Origin: Lama guanicoe
Taxonomy: Eukaryota
Reading direction: 5' to 3'
Assembly (NCBI GenBank): GCA_013239625.1
Contig: MU053652.1
Location: 3,709,902-3,773,901 of the forward strand
DNA length: 64,000 nucleotides
This document shows, piece after piece, positions 50,501 to 63,466 of the stretch. The notes below the pieces were generated by a model, which was given only the letters and a program-made list of their open reading frames with translations, made no database searches and was not told the DNA's origin. The translations under genes and the position numbers were made by a program. Within the stretch, counting starts at the first letter, position 1. Every line of letters begins with the position of its first letter.

Positions 50501-51733
50501 CTCCTCTTTCTAAGGCCAACTGCATTTCCTGGGCTCAGGGCTCAGACTTGAAGAGGGAGAGGCTGCCTTAGGCCTTAGGCTGTGGCTGAGAGGAAAATCA
50601 TCTGTCCAACACTCAGTGCGTCCAGGAATTGGAGTGGGTCCGCAGGACCCTCTGAGATTGGGTGGTCCTGTCTGCCAAGGGTTTCTGCCTCTTCAGTCAG
50701 TTATCCTGTAGTAAGACACTGCAGATGGCCCTTGGTCTGCAGAGAGACAGCAGAAACATACGCCAAGGGTCTCGCATTTCCACGCCCTGTGCTCAAAGGT
50801 CTATGTAGATTATTGAAGTTAAGCCTAACGTTCCTATGAGGTAGATATGTTTTTATTCTGATGTTGCAGATGAGGAAACTGAGGCTCACAGAGGCGAGGT
50901 AACACCAGTCAGGACAGGAAAGCCAGCAGCCACTCCTAGCCGCTGGCAGGGCTCAGCCCCAGTCTCCTAGATTTGTTCCAGTGGGGCCAGGTCTTAACCC
51001 TTTCCTGGATCAGGAAGGCAGTGGGAGGTCCCTTCTATGGCTGCTCAGCTGGACCCCTGGTTGGGACAGGTCCGACCAGGCCCTCTGCTCCCAGGCCCAG
51101 CCAGCCCTGCCACAGGTGGGCGGAGCCGGAGCCTGGGCATGGACAGGCTGTTCCTGCTGCCTGCCCCTCACCGCGTACAGAATGGACAGTTTTACCCCTT
51201 TAGGGCACATGGCCAGCCGCCCTTGGATGGGCCCCAGCCTGTTCCTGGGTGAAGAACGGTCTCCCAAAGGGCCGGGGTGGATGGGGGTGTGGCCTGGAGG
51301 CCTGGGCTTATGTTCCTTGCATTCACGGGGAGCCAGGCCTGATCCCGCCATGCTCCCTTCACCCACCAGGGTCTCACTTTCCTGGCTGTGGGGGCTGCCC
51401 CTTGAGGTGGGTCTGCGTCCTGAGTAGCAGGTGTTCTGAGTTGGTCTGACCAGCGTCACCTTGTAAGACAGCAGGGTATGGAGGAGGGGAGGAGGGCCAA
51501 GGAGGGAACGTCTGGGACAGACAGTGCAGGACAAGAGGGCAAGAACTGAGCAGACAGACAAGAATGAGAGCTGGAAACAGAGTCAGCAAAAGCAGGCAAC
51601 AGAAAATTCAGAGAGACTCATGGAGAACACAGGAGGATGCCCAGTGGGTGCAGCAGCTGTGGGACTGGGGCAGGGTGAGGGGTGGAGCCCAGGGAGAGTT
51701 GTCAGATATAGCAAATAAAAATGTAAGATTCCA

Positions 51734-51842
51734 GGGGGGGTGGTGTAGCTCGGTGGTGGAGCATATATGCTTGGCACACACGGGGTCCTGGCTTCAATCT
51801 CCAGTTCCTCCGTTAAAACAACAACAACACAACAACAACAAA
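51734..51842 (+). mobile_element. tRNA-derived SINE (Vic-1-like) inside MER53
   Basis: ggtgtagctcggtggtggagc...ggcttcaatctccag, (CAA)n tail, AAGATTC on both flanks. Confidence 0.8.
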
Positions 51843-51916
51843 AAGATTCTCAGTCCAAGTTCAATTTCAAAGAAACAATGAATACTTTTTTGTAGTATAA
51901 GTATGTCCTATGCGAT

Positions 51917-52124
51917 CCGTTGATCCTTGAATAATACGAATTTGAACTGCCCGGCCCCACTTATATGTGGATTTTTGTCAGTAGTAAATACTACCGTACC
52001 ATGCGATTCGCGTTTGGTTGGATCCTCCGAGAACCTTGGATACGGAGGAAGCACGTATGTAGAGGGCCGACTATAAGTTGGATTGGGTGGAGGGTTGGTG
52101 GCCCTAATCCCTACGTTGTTCGTG
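51917..52124. mobile_element. Tigger-family (TcMar) non-autonomous element at the MER53 centre
   Basis: ccgttgatccttgaataatacgaatttgaactgc...ccacttatatgtggattttt...gagggccgact resembles Tigger terminal sequence. Confidence 0.7.
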
Positions 52125-55100
52125 TATTTGGGACATGTTTATACAAGAAAAAGGATTCACTGTTCTCAGAAATTCCTAACTGACTGGCATTGTGTGTTTT
52201 ATATGGCAACCCTAAACCCAGGACCTACGATTTTCTCAGCTGAAGAGGCCACTGGGAAGGCATCTAATTGCGCCCTCTGGCCACTGACACCCATCTCTAC
52301 ACAGCCAGGAAGGGATCCTCCTTGTCCTGTGACACACTCACTTTTGTGGGGGCCAGGCCTTGCCCCAGCACAGGGAAACGCTGACCCACAACAGGGCTCC
52401 TCCCTCAAATGCCAGCTCGGAGTTTTAGAAGCCACTCTACCCAGACCTGTGACATACCAGCCTGTGCGCCCATAAACCACCCAAGGAGCACAGGTGGGCT
52501 GAGGAGCTGAGCCTGGAGGTTCCTCAAGGGATGAATGGCAGTGGATCATCTGGTACAAGTGCTCAGAGGATGCACAGCCTCTGCTAAGGGTATCCAGGCA
52601 CGAGGGGCCAGACCAGGGAAATACCCCAGCCCACCCCAGGCAGTCTGTTGGAACAACATGGAACCCCTTGGCTGGAAGGGATTTCCAACTCTGCTTTCTG
52701 AATGAGTGTCTGGAGGCCCAGAAGGGCAGTTCTGGGTAAGAGCCCAGGCCCTTTGGCCCCCAGGGCTGTGCTCGCCACTGTGGTGTGGAGTGTCACCACA
52801 GCACTGTGGCCGGTGGCCATGACATATTACTGAACCTCATGAGGATCTAGCATTTTCTATTTAGCAAAACAAAGTTCTCTCCCCTCCTTTGTCTCATTTG
52901 AGATGCACAGCCAGTCCAGATGCAGATGGAACCACCAGCATTGGCCTTGCTTTTACAAATGCAGGCACTAAGGTGCTTACAAGAAACCAGCCCAAAGTAC
53001 TCCAAAGAGGTGGTGGTAGAGCTCCAGCCAGAACCGGAGCCATCTTGGCTGGAGGCAAAATGAGGAGCCCCAGGGCCACTTGTTGCTAATTCTTCAGCCA
53101 GTCCTGTTAGGGACCCAGAGAAATTACCTAGCTTCTACAGACAGAAACTCAAGTTCATGGGCATGCTTTGGATGCTGAAATATTTTGTGTATTTGCACAC
53201 AGCATCCCCACCACCACCCCCGCTCCAGTCTTGGTAGATTCCAATTTGTGCTAGAAGGGACTCTGTAAACTTAAGATAACAGAGAGGGGCCTCCAGCAAC
53301 CCCTCCCCCTCCCCCTGGCAAGCTGAGCCCCCACCCTGCCCTCTGCAAAGGTTCTGGCTGGCCTTGGAGCCCAGGGCTCTGAATTCCCCACTGCCTGCTT
53401 GGCTTGAATGGATTACTTCTGCTTCTCCCTGCACCTCAGTTTCCCCACCAGTGTAGTGGGTGGAAATAGCTGTCATCTCAGGCTCCTAGTGGCCCAGAGT
53501 GATGCCCTGTTTGATTACAAAGTGGATTAAAAGTCTTGTGTACTTGATACAAGTAACTGGATCGCTGTACATGGATAGTTTCATTGAAAAGCGGCCTCAG
53601 GTGGCCTTTCACCAGGCTCCCTACCCCTCCCTTCAAGCCCCCATGGAAAGGGCTGAGAAGGAAAGAGAGAAAGATGATAGGCTCCTCCTGGCGCCCTGAG
53701 GTATCACTGTTGGCAGCTCATTCCTGCAAGAGCTCCCGGGAAGACCCAGCAGGCCTGGGCGCCTAGGACAGGCGGGCCCCTGTTCAGCCCTCATTCCTCC
53801 CAAGCTGGGGGCTGGACTCTCCCTAAAAGGGCCGTGATGGCCAGACAGTGGGCTCAGACCAGAGGGCAGGGTTCCTGCAGAACGCATGGAGGTGTTCAGA
53901 TGCCCGAGCATGGAACACAAGGTCAGATCTGGCCTCTGGTCAAGACCTAGTCCACTCCTGTCCCCTGGACATCCAGGTAGAGGAAAAGTGTAAGCTGCCC
54001 CAAGGGAAGCTGCCACCCTGTTGCAAGGCCACTGTTAGTCAGTCCTTGACATACAAGGAGTAAGGACTCACTGGGACCCCTGAGGTCAGTGCATGGATAA
54101 GTGTTCAGTCACCGCCTTTATGTTAGCTGGTGGTTCAATGTGCTTCTGTCCCCTCCTTTGTGGGTTAAACAAAGGAGGCTGCTCTTTTTCTGCACACAGC
54201 TCTTTTGTAGACGGTCTTCTATCGTCTGCTCCTTCTGAAAGAGGCCTCAAATAAACAAATGCATAAGTGACATGTGTCCTGGTGGTTTTCAGGAAGCTGG
54301 ACTTTAATGGAGTAGCATTCTCATGACGAACACCAGCTTCCCCTCCCAGGTGACAGGGAAGCATAATGCCAATACCAAGTCTTCAGGTGGCCCCAGCCAG
54401 TTGAAGCCACAGGCTGCAAATGGCTGCTGTGTGTGGCCCAAGGCTTGTGTGGACTGGGACATCTGGGCTGGCTTGTTTGACTTCAAATGGATAGAAAGTC
54501 TACCAGATTCTAAACTTTGCAGCAGGGTGACATTCTCCATGGTTATGGCTGATGCTGGATTTGGGGGCTGTAGAAGAAAGTTTGAAATTCATAGTTTTGT
54601 TACCAGCATAGTTTTGTCACTGGCAAAGTTGGCCAGATGGGGTCAAGGTCCATCTAGAGCTCAGGATGTGGGGCTACTTCCCCCTCTGCTGGGAGCCTCA
54701 GGGCCCTTCCAGAATATCCACACTCCTTCTCGTCATATACAATAGACAGAGGGTTGGCAGGGCATTAAGACAGAACGGTTGAGTCCTAGCCCTGTCCCAC
54801 CTTAGCTGAGTGACCAAATGACTGAAACTTTAACACCACACTTTCCTCATCCATAAAATGGGCCCAATAATGCTTACCTCACACAGCTGTGGGGAGGACT
54901 GTACAGAACCCTCCTGGGTGTTGTTTTTTTTTTTTAATGAATTATAGTCCAGAAAAAGAAACTGTGTTCATTAACAAATGTCATTTATTTATTTGACAAA
55001 CATTTAACGAGTGCCTATCATGTGCCAGACAGGTATTGTCAACACCTGCGCTCTCAGACAATCCGAGGTGGGGGCCTGAGCTCGCAGGTAGGGAGCACAC

Positions 55101-55914
55101 ACAGCAACACGCAGCCTGTGTGGTCCTGAGGCATTTCGTGTCTGAATTTTTGTGAGGAAAATAGAAGGTACAGCAAATGTGATTAGAGTCTTCAGGAGGA
55201 ATTTCTTGGTTTTTTAACCTCTTGACTGAGGGCAACAGAAGCAACAGTCCAGGGGTCTGGGAGCCAAGATCAAAGCCACTGTGTTAGGAGAACAGTTCTC
55301 TAAACGTGTCTCAGCTAGAACTAGCCAGCGGCTGGCTGAGGCCTACTCTGGCCCCCAGGAGACGTAAGTGGGCAGAGCGGACTCCTTGGATTCGACAGCC
55401 AAAGATCTAGGGTTCAAGCCTCAGCTCCGCCCTTCTCTAGCTTGGGACTTGAATGAGTCACTCAGTCTCCTGGAGCCTCAGTTTCCTCACCGGTGGAGTG
55501 GGATTGTCCTGAGAATCCGAGGAGATGAAGGTGTGAAAGCTCTCTGTAAATAGCCAGGTGGCATTGTGGGCCTAGGAGTGAGGAAACCTGGGTCTGAGCC
55601 TGCGTCCACCAAGTGCCCTTAGCGGGAACTTGGAAAATGCACACTCTCATCAAATCTCAGATCTTCCCAAACAACTAGGGTTTGAAGGGAAAAATTTTGT
55701 AAACCATGATCTATCTGGTCTCTGTCAAGGCCGCTGGCTTCCTAGGCCCACCCCTGGCCCAGGCTCCCTAGGTGTCCCTGGTGGCTCCAAGGTGCCTGGG
55801 GTCCTTCACTATGGCACTTCACTCCACGACATTTCCTCATGACACTCCAGAGCCAGGCCCTTGTTCCTAGCCTCCTCAAAACATACCCATCCAGGCACCC
55901 ACGCACATGAAATG

Positions 55915-56730
55915 TGCTCAGCATTGCTAGGTATCAGGGAAATGCAAACTGAAACCACAAGATGTAGCCTCGGATGCTAAAACTGAAACGACTGGCAGGT
56001 CAAGTGCTAGCAAGGATGTGGAGCAACTGGAACTCGCATTTCTCTCATTAGTCAAGGGAAATGAAAATTGGTGGTAGCTTGTTGATAGCTTCAGATTGCC
56101 ACGAGGGGAGAATTTATACCTCAGAAACCAGCAAAGGCTCCAGATCAGGGCTTCCCCCCATCCCAGAGAGCTGGTTGTTAAATATTTAGCAGCCACAGTC
56201 TCTGATGAAAACGCGCCCACAAAGAGATTTGTACATGAATGTTCATAGTAACATAGTATTCATGATAGCCCCAAATTGGAAATAACCCCAGTGTAACCAA
56301 CTGGTGAATAGATGAACAAACTGTGGCACCTCCAGACGATGGAATACGACTCAGTAATAAAAAGGAGCGAACAAGTAATACATGTAACCTGGATGAATCT
56401 CAAAGGCATTATCTAAGTGAAAGTGGCCAGATGCGAAAGATTACACACTATATAATTGCATTTATATTAAATTCTAGAAAAGGCAAAACAGCAATAGAAA
56501 GCAGATCAGTAGTTTCCAGGGGCTGATGGGGTGATGGGTGGGGAGGTAGGGGAGATAGGACATTGACCTGGAAGGGGCATGAGGCAAATTATAGGGGTGA
56601 TGGAAATGTTCTATGTTCTAATTGTGGTGGTGGTTACATGGGTGCATATACCTGTCAAAGCTCATGTAATTGTAGGCTTAAAATTGATTAATTTTATTGT
56701 ATGAAAATTATATCTCAACAAAGTTGTCCC
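55915..56730 (+). mobile_element. L1M 3' fragment with a probable small hAT (MER63-like) insertion near 56075-56195
   Basis: caaggatgtggagcaactggaactc...tggatgaatctcaaaggcattatctaagtgaaag...ggggtgatggaaatgttctat. Confidence 0.75.
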
Positions 56731-59700
56731 CAAACACCCCAAATCTAAAAACTTATCCATTCTATGTCCCGTGGCTTTAGATCCTACTGTCTGCTGACAC
56801 AGATGTGATACTGTGGGTGCAGGTCTCAGTACTAATCTTAGGGAAAACTCCTCACCTGATGACTGTCTATGGGATAGGCCAATGGGGAAGCAATTTTGAA
56901 GCAGGAGACATACCTCAAATTATCCCTCCTCCAAGGTAGGCCAGGGTCTGCTGGAGTCAAGGATGGCAAGACTGGGCAGAAGCTCCTCCTCTGTTCAGTG
57001 GCCATCCTCTCCCCTTCTGCCCTCTGCCTGGAGAAGTTGCTAACCTGTGGTTGCTGACGGGTAAATCTTGTGTCTTTTTCCCCAAAGCCTGGTGGGACGG
57101 ACAGAACTGAGGACATTGAAGCTTAGAGGAAAGATAATGGGAGGAGTGTGAGGGCAGAGAGGGACCAGGACCATGTGTGCTTAGAGGGTTAGCATATGGC
57201 AAATAATGACCAGCTGTTCTCTGGTTCCAGATGGATTCAGAGAAAAATGGTCTTCATCAGTAGCAGGAAAGATTTAGGTGAGACACAGTGATGAACTTCC
57301 TGAGAGAGTTCTTGAGAAAGTGGACATGTGTGTGCTTACCCACGTAGGTGAATGTGTGTGTGAGAGTGCACATGTGTTGTAAAACCAGAGCAGGGGAACA
57401 GGGCACTGGATATACATCATTCCTGCTCTGGAGCACTTTAGGAATTAGACAAACCTCATTCTGAAATGAGCCTGGGTCCCTCCGGGCTGGGGACAGAGAG
57501 ATGGACTCAGGCCCTTTCTTTAGGTACCTCGGAGGGCAATTAACTGGCTGGTCCATCAGTAAGACCCCCAAACCAGAAGTCTGTGGAGCCAGATGGGTAC
57601 TTACTTCCATGGTTTGACCCCCTCCCAGACGGCCGTGTGCACTCTCTTCCCCATTAGGGCAGAAAAGACCATCTATCACCAGCGGGGATGGTGATGTCAC
57701 AGCTGCAGGCATCCGAGTGCACAGGAAGACTGTTCCAGCCCCTCTGAGGTGCTAAATCATTCATGGGGTAGAGAGGCGGGGGGCAGGAGATTTACTGCCA
57801 AGGAAACACTTTAGGGACTTGTGGAAATCAATTCTTTAAAGAGACCCCATCAGCTAGCAGGTGGCCTAAGTCTGAAGCCTGGGCGAGTAATGGGGACCCA
57901 ATGAAGTAGGAACTGGGGGGTGGGGTGACTTCCTTATTCCAAAACAGACGATGGGAGCCCAAGGCTTGGGGCACAGGGTATGTCCAGATTGAAGGTAGAT
58001 TCCCAGCACCCTGGGGAGGGGGCATCCAGATCTCCGGCTCTGTTGCACACACTCACCCTGTCACCCCATGGGGCTTCACCCCTTACCCATGGAGGCTCTG
58101 CAGGTCAATAAGACAGAATAAGGAACGTTGCTGGGATGTGTTTGCTGAGCCTCTTGGCTCTTTGATCTTGGACCAACAGTCCACCCAATCTCTGCTGTAA
58201 GGGGAGTTCTAAGCCAGCTTTGGTTTCTCTGAGGTGGAATTTGGAGGGTTACTCAGTATTCATCCTCTTGTCTCAAAGAGAATGTGAGCTCCTTGAATGC
58301 CCAGTCTGTTATATGGTCTAGAATTTCAGGACCTGATGATTCAACTCCTGGAGGTACTGTATGTTAACTTATGTGACATTGAGAAGCAGACTGGGACTTC
58401 TGCTGCCCCACACCACACAGCACACAGTGGGAGCTTCATATCTAGCACAGTAGGGTTCTTCCAGTCCAAGTCTTCCCCAGCTCATCTACCTCTGTGTCTA
58501 TGGCTACAGCACACTTCCTCCATGTGTCTTAAATAAGGAAAATGAAGGGATTGAGGAGAAAAAGAACAGCATTTTCAGTTCAGTTTTGGAAAAGCAGATA
58601 TAGCTCGAGGGTTTCCTTTACAGATGAGGAAACTAAAGCCTAGGGGGGCATTCAATTTTCCAAAGCCCATGAGATGGGAAAATGGGAAGAGAAAAGGCCC
58701 CCAGAAGTCACACTGAGCAGTTTCCACCTCCCTTGAAATGACTTTGGTCATTACTAGCTAAAATGGGTGATATAGAGCAGGTGGCTGTTACGGAGAAAGG
58801 GACCTGGGATAGGTTCTGGTCCCTATTCTGCTGCCTGGCTCCTCTGCAAGATGGTTCTCACTGTGATAGGGGGATTCCTGTGGGACCCTGGTTGTGACTG
58901 CACTCTGTACCCTGCCTGTTTATTCACTCAGACACATATTTATGGAGTGCCTTCCAAGAGTCAGGCATGTTCACAGCAGTGAACAAGACAGGCATGACTC
59001 TTGCCTTCCTGGAGCTTGCATTTTATGTTACCTGTGACTAGTGCTAAAGCCCTGGGCTGGTAATTCCCCCAATCCAATCCACCCAAGGAGGCTAAACTGG
59101 ACCCTGATCCAGCCCTCCAGGGTGCTCATAGCAGCTCTATATCCTTGACACAGCCAAAGGCCACTTCCTACAGTAGGGACCCCACAGTCTTCAGGGCAGG
59201 GCTCCCAGCTGCAGTATAAGCTGCATCGCCACCACTTTGGCCAGCCCCTCCCTCAGCTGCCATCAGTCTCAGGAGGGCTGGTCTGAACTGGTTTCCACAG
59301 GGCATGAGCCAATGCTGGACTCTGGTTCTTGGTAGAGCTTTGTGAAGAACAGACTCCAGGAGAATCGGAGATTCAGGAATTCCTGATCTGCCCCGTCTCC
59401 ACCCCTTACCCTCTACATCATCTCTGGCAGGAGGGGATCTCAGCTTGCAGCCCTTGTAGTCGGGGAACTCCCCACTCCAGCCACCGCACGGCTGATAACC
59501 CTCTTTCTAGGCATCCCAGCACTTGCTTTGCACTCACTTGTCAAGTTTATCCCCAGGAAAATCTTTCCTAGGTCCCCTCAGCGGTCCCCTACCACCTTGA
59601 CTAGATGTCTGAGTCCACCTAAGGGACACGAATGATGGGCGTTTCTGGGGCAGGGAGCTACTGGGGCCCCACCCTAGGGAGTCCCTCAGCATTTCTTTCT

Positions 59701-62700
59701 TAATCATGACTCCAGGAGTTCTCTCTGGACACGCCCAACAGTCTAGGGGAAAAAGCCCCAGGCAGGCATCTGGAGAACTGGGCTCTGGTCCCGGCTCTGG
59801 CCCGAATTCGGGCCCTATCTGGGCCTCTGATCCCTCCCTTGAACATAGGAGGGGTTGGGTCACACAGCGTCCGTAGCCCTGGGAGAGTCAGAGGGGATGC
59901 GCGGCCAACCAGACGGACCCAGTGGCACACAGGGAAAGGGGATACTCAGCGGAGGCTGAGAGGAACACCAGCAGGGGCGGGCAGGGTGCAGGGCATCCAG
60001 GTAGAGTCGGCGCGGAAGCGCGCAAGGCAGGCGCAGGGCACGGAGGGCTGCGTGCCGGGAAACACTTCCAGCTAGGAGCGAAGCAGGAAGAGACAGGATG
60101 CCCCTGAATGGAACGAATCGTCCATTCCACAGCTGCCTGCGAGCTGGAAAAAGACCAGTCTATGCCCGTGCGGTAGCTATAGGTCCTCACCCAAGAAAGG
60201 CGGAGAGCTTCACACCTTAGAATTTGGGTGGTGGCTGCAAATCGAATTTGGGAGGACTAAAAAGAACTGTCCCCTGAACATATACTTTTCTGCTTCCAAA
60301 GCGCCTGCAAAAACATTTTGTTATTCGATTTCCCCCAACGTCTTCTGATTTGGGTAAGCTCCCAATTTACAGATGAAGAAACTGCGGCTCAGAAAGGTCA
60401 GGCATCTAACGAATACACGTGTGTTAAGTGGTTAAAAATGCATATTATTCTAATTTGAGACAATTAAATCCTCACCCTCTGAAGCATCCCAAAACAGAAA
60501 TTAAAGCGTTTGACTGGTTTGGGGCTGAAATATTCAGCTAAATTCTGCTATACGCATAGGAAATGAAACATGCTGGTGGCCAAAACCATATCTGGGTCAC
60601 CGACCTTTGGATAATCTGCTGAAGGCTGCAGGACCCCTCCCCCACCAACAGCAGCTACAATCTCGGCATAGAACCTCGGGGTTTCCGAGCCCTGGAGCTC
60701 TGAAGCTATCCCCGGGCCTTGGAGGTGGGGGAAGCTAGGTTTCTAGCCCTGGAAGGACCCTGGTCGAACTCTGGCCCACAGGACTCCTCTCCAGGGGCCA
60801 TGCATCCGTTTTCTCTCTCTATCCTCCAGAAGGAGGTGCGGGCGAGTGTTCCCAGTTTATCCGCAAAAAAAGGAAACCGAGTCTATACTCAATTCCACGC
60901 GCGCGATGAACCCCTACCCAGTGCTCAGACCCCTGTGCCCCGCTAGCCGCCTTCTCCGCTGACTCCGGTCAAGGACATTGCTGGGGTGGGCGCTCAAGCC
61001 TCAGCTGCCGCCAGGGTCGAACCCAGCTAGTGGGAAAGTAGGAGACGGAATGCTGCAAAACTGCCGAGGCCGTTCCCGCTAGTTTCCCTTCCCTGGTCGC
61101 CTTCCCTCTGAGCTCCCGTTCTGGACCTGCGTCAGCGGGAAGCTGAGAACACCCAGGCGCCCCCGGCCCCAGCTTTTCGTTTCTCCGGCTCAGCTCCCTC
61201 CCTCTCTGATTGACTCCTCCAGGCTGCAGTATCTTGAATCAGATTTTTTAAAAAACCAATTCCTGTAGTTTCTTTTTTAATTGAAAATTTAATATAAGCA
61301 TGTGTACACATACACATACACTTCAAACAGTCCAGAAAGACATACAGAAGAAAGTCCCCTGCCCTCTGGCCCCCAGTTCTCCTACAGGGAAGCCACCCTT
61401 ATTTGCTGTGTCTTGGGTCTCCTGACGGAGACTTTTTGTGCATAAAAAAACCTGACACCCAGACACCCCCTCGTTTATATTTTTACACAAACAGAAGCCT
61501 ATGTCGTTTTTCACTTAACACCCAGGATATTTTCCATGATATATAACGGCTATATATTTCCCCCTCACTCTTTAAAAAAGCTAAATAGATTCCTATGACG
61601 GGATCGCCTTTCATTTTTGTTTTTCTCGTTCTTTCTCTATCGTCTCTTTCACTCCCTGCTCCCCGACACCCGGGAGCGCGAGCTAAATCTCCGGGGTTCC
61701 TGGCTTTTTGAATCGGTACAGAGACCGTGCGCCGCTCGAAGAAAAAACGCACAGACGTACAAACACACCGTTTTTCTGAAAATGTCAGGGGATTAGTTGG
61801 GTTTCGAACATCCCTACGAGTGTTGACCAACACACATCTAAGATTCTAGAATAAAGCCCCGAGGGCTGGGCCTGGGCCAAGATCCAAAGACGTCGCTAGC
61901 TGTGGCTCCCGACAGCGGACCGCAGCCCCCGGCACGTGGCCCTGCGGGAGGCGGGTGGTGGTGGCGACGAGATCTCGAGGGGCAGCACCAGGAGTCTGGG
62001 ATGCAGAGGCCCGTAATGGGGTAGGGGGCGGGCGGGCCGGCGGGCACCAGGAAGGCATCCCGCAGGAGGGGATGTAGGGTCGCGACAATGACAATGAGGG
62101 ATGCGTAGTTTGCAGAGATCTACGGGTCACGAACTACTCTATCCACCTGAGAGGTGGGAGTCACTCTACCCATTTTGCAAATGGGCAAACTGAGGCTCTG
62201 ATAGGTGAATCGCTAAAGAAAGCCCAGCTGGTAACTGGATTGGGAGGACCCCTAGGCGGGGCTCCGTCTCACCGAGGTCTGCGTGTCTTGGGGGCCGAGA
62301 GCCAGGGTCACCACCGGGACCCGACCAGTCTGAGCGAGGCCAGTGGCAGAACAGTCGCCGCCCAGACAGCTCTAGGTTAGGGTGGGGAACCTACCTTCCA
62401 GATACCCCTCCCCCCAGCCCTGCCTTGTAGAGTGGAAGGTAGCGGGAGACCGAGGCTTGATGGATGACCTCTTCGCCCAACATCTTCAGCACAACGGACT
62501 GCCATGGAGAGGGCGAGGTTAGGGGTTAGGGAAGCAGAATGGGGCAAGGATCAGGAAAGAACTAAGACGACCAGAGAGACAAGTCGCAACGTCAAGAAAA
62601 AGAAGGGCCGTGTCCGGGGTCAGAGCGAGAGGCGCCGAGTCTTCCAGATTGGAGTAGGCAAGGTTATCCTTCCTAAAGATTTAGGGGTCTTTCCTAAGCC

Positions 62701-63306
62701 TGACCCGAGGGTCGAAGAACCCAGAACTTGGCATCCAGGATACACAGCTTGGGGCGGAGTTGGATGTTGATTGGGAAGCAGAAAGGCTCTTTGTATTGGG
62801 AGGATATAGCCTCGGCCAGAGAGACGTTCGACCAGAGGAGTGAAGGCAGGATGCAGGTGGGCGTAGGGTGAGAGGGGCAGGGCAGCAAAGTGAGGATCTG
62901 AGGTCGCCCTGAGCCATCTCCCCCGCTGCCAGCTCCTGGAGCCGAAAGGGATCCGCAGTATCGGGTCCCCAGGGGCCGCCCCCTCACCGTAGAGGTCCAG
63001 CTCTGGTTACCGGCCAGGCCCTCTCCCTAAAATATGTATGAGTCCTTGTGGGTGCAGTTTCGCGTCCCCTCCCGGAGTGGGGTTGGGGGCGTCGGGGTGC
63101 TCGGGGAGCCAAGCAGGGGAGAAAGCAACGCTGGCTCCTGAGACCCGGGAGGTCTCAATTTTCAGCCGCGCCTTTAAGAAAAGGTGGAAACTAGATCTGT
63201 CTCGACCGCGCCCCCGCCCCGCCAGCCCCGACGGCCGGACCTCGCGGCCTGGTGGCTCGCTTTGCTCTGTGCGGTGTCTGGTTCTCGACAGCAGGTGAAT
63301 GGGCCC

Positions 63307-63380
63307 GGGCGGGGCGCACTGGGTACGGGGGGCGGGGCGCACGCTATAAAGGGGGAGCGACTGGCCGCGGGGGACATTCG
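63307..63380 (+). promoter_or_regulatory. Pol II core promoter: two GC boxes, TATA box and initiator
   Basis: GGGCGGGGCGCAC at 63307-63319 and 63330-63342; TATAAAGG from 63345; CATT with A at 63376, 31 nt after the first T of the TATA box. Confidence 0.7.
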
Positions 63381-63466
63381 AAGCCGGCATGGCCCGCGCT
63401 ACCGCATTGCGGTCCCAGGTGCAACGCGCCCCTACCACCCAGCATCCTACAGCCCTCGGGGATCAG
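63376..63466 (+). ncRNA. Candidate first exon (91 nt) of the miR-183/96/182 host transcript
   Basis: Starts at the predicted initiator and ends at a CAG|GTAGGG donor; identity inferred from synteny only. Confidence 0.45.

Larger units (their letters stand above)
51694..52214. mobile_element. MER53 palindromic hAT MITE interrupted by two insertions
   Basis: Ends gagagttgtcagatatagcaaataaaaat and ttttatatggcaacccta; 8-bp TSD AGCCCAGG and AACCCAGG. Confidence 0.8.

Noticed and set aside
55810..55818. TATGGCACT, matching the 5' end of mature miR-183
   Set aside because: The match stops after 9 nt and I see no hairpin; no mature miR-183/96/182 sequence was found in the window
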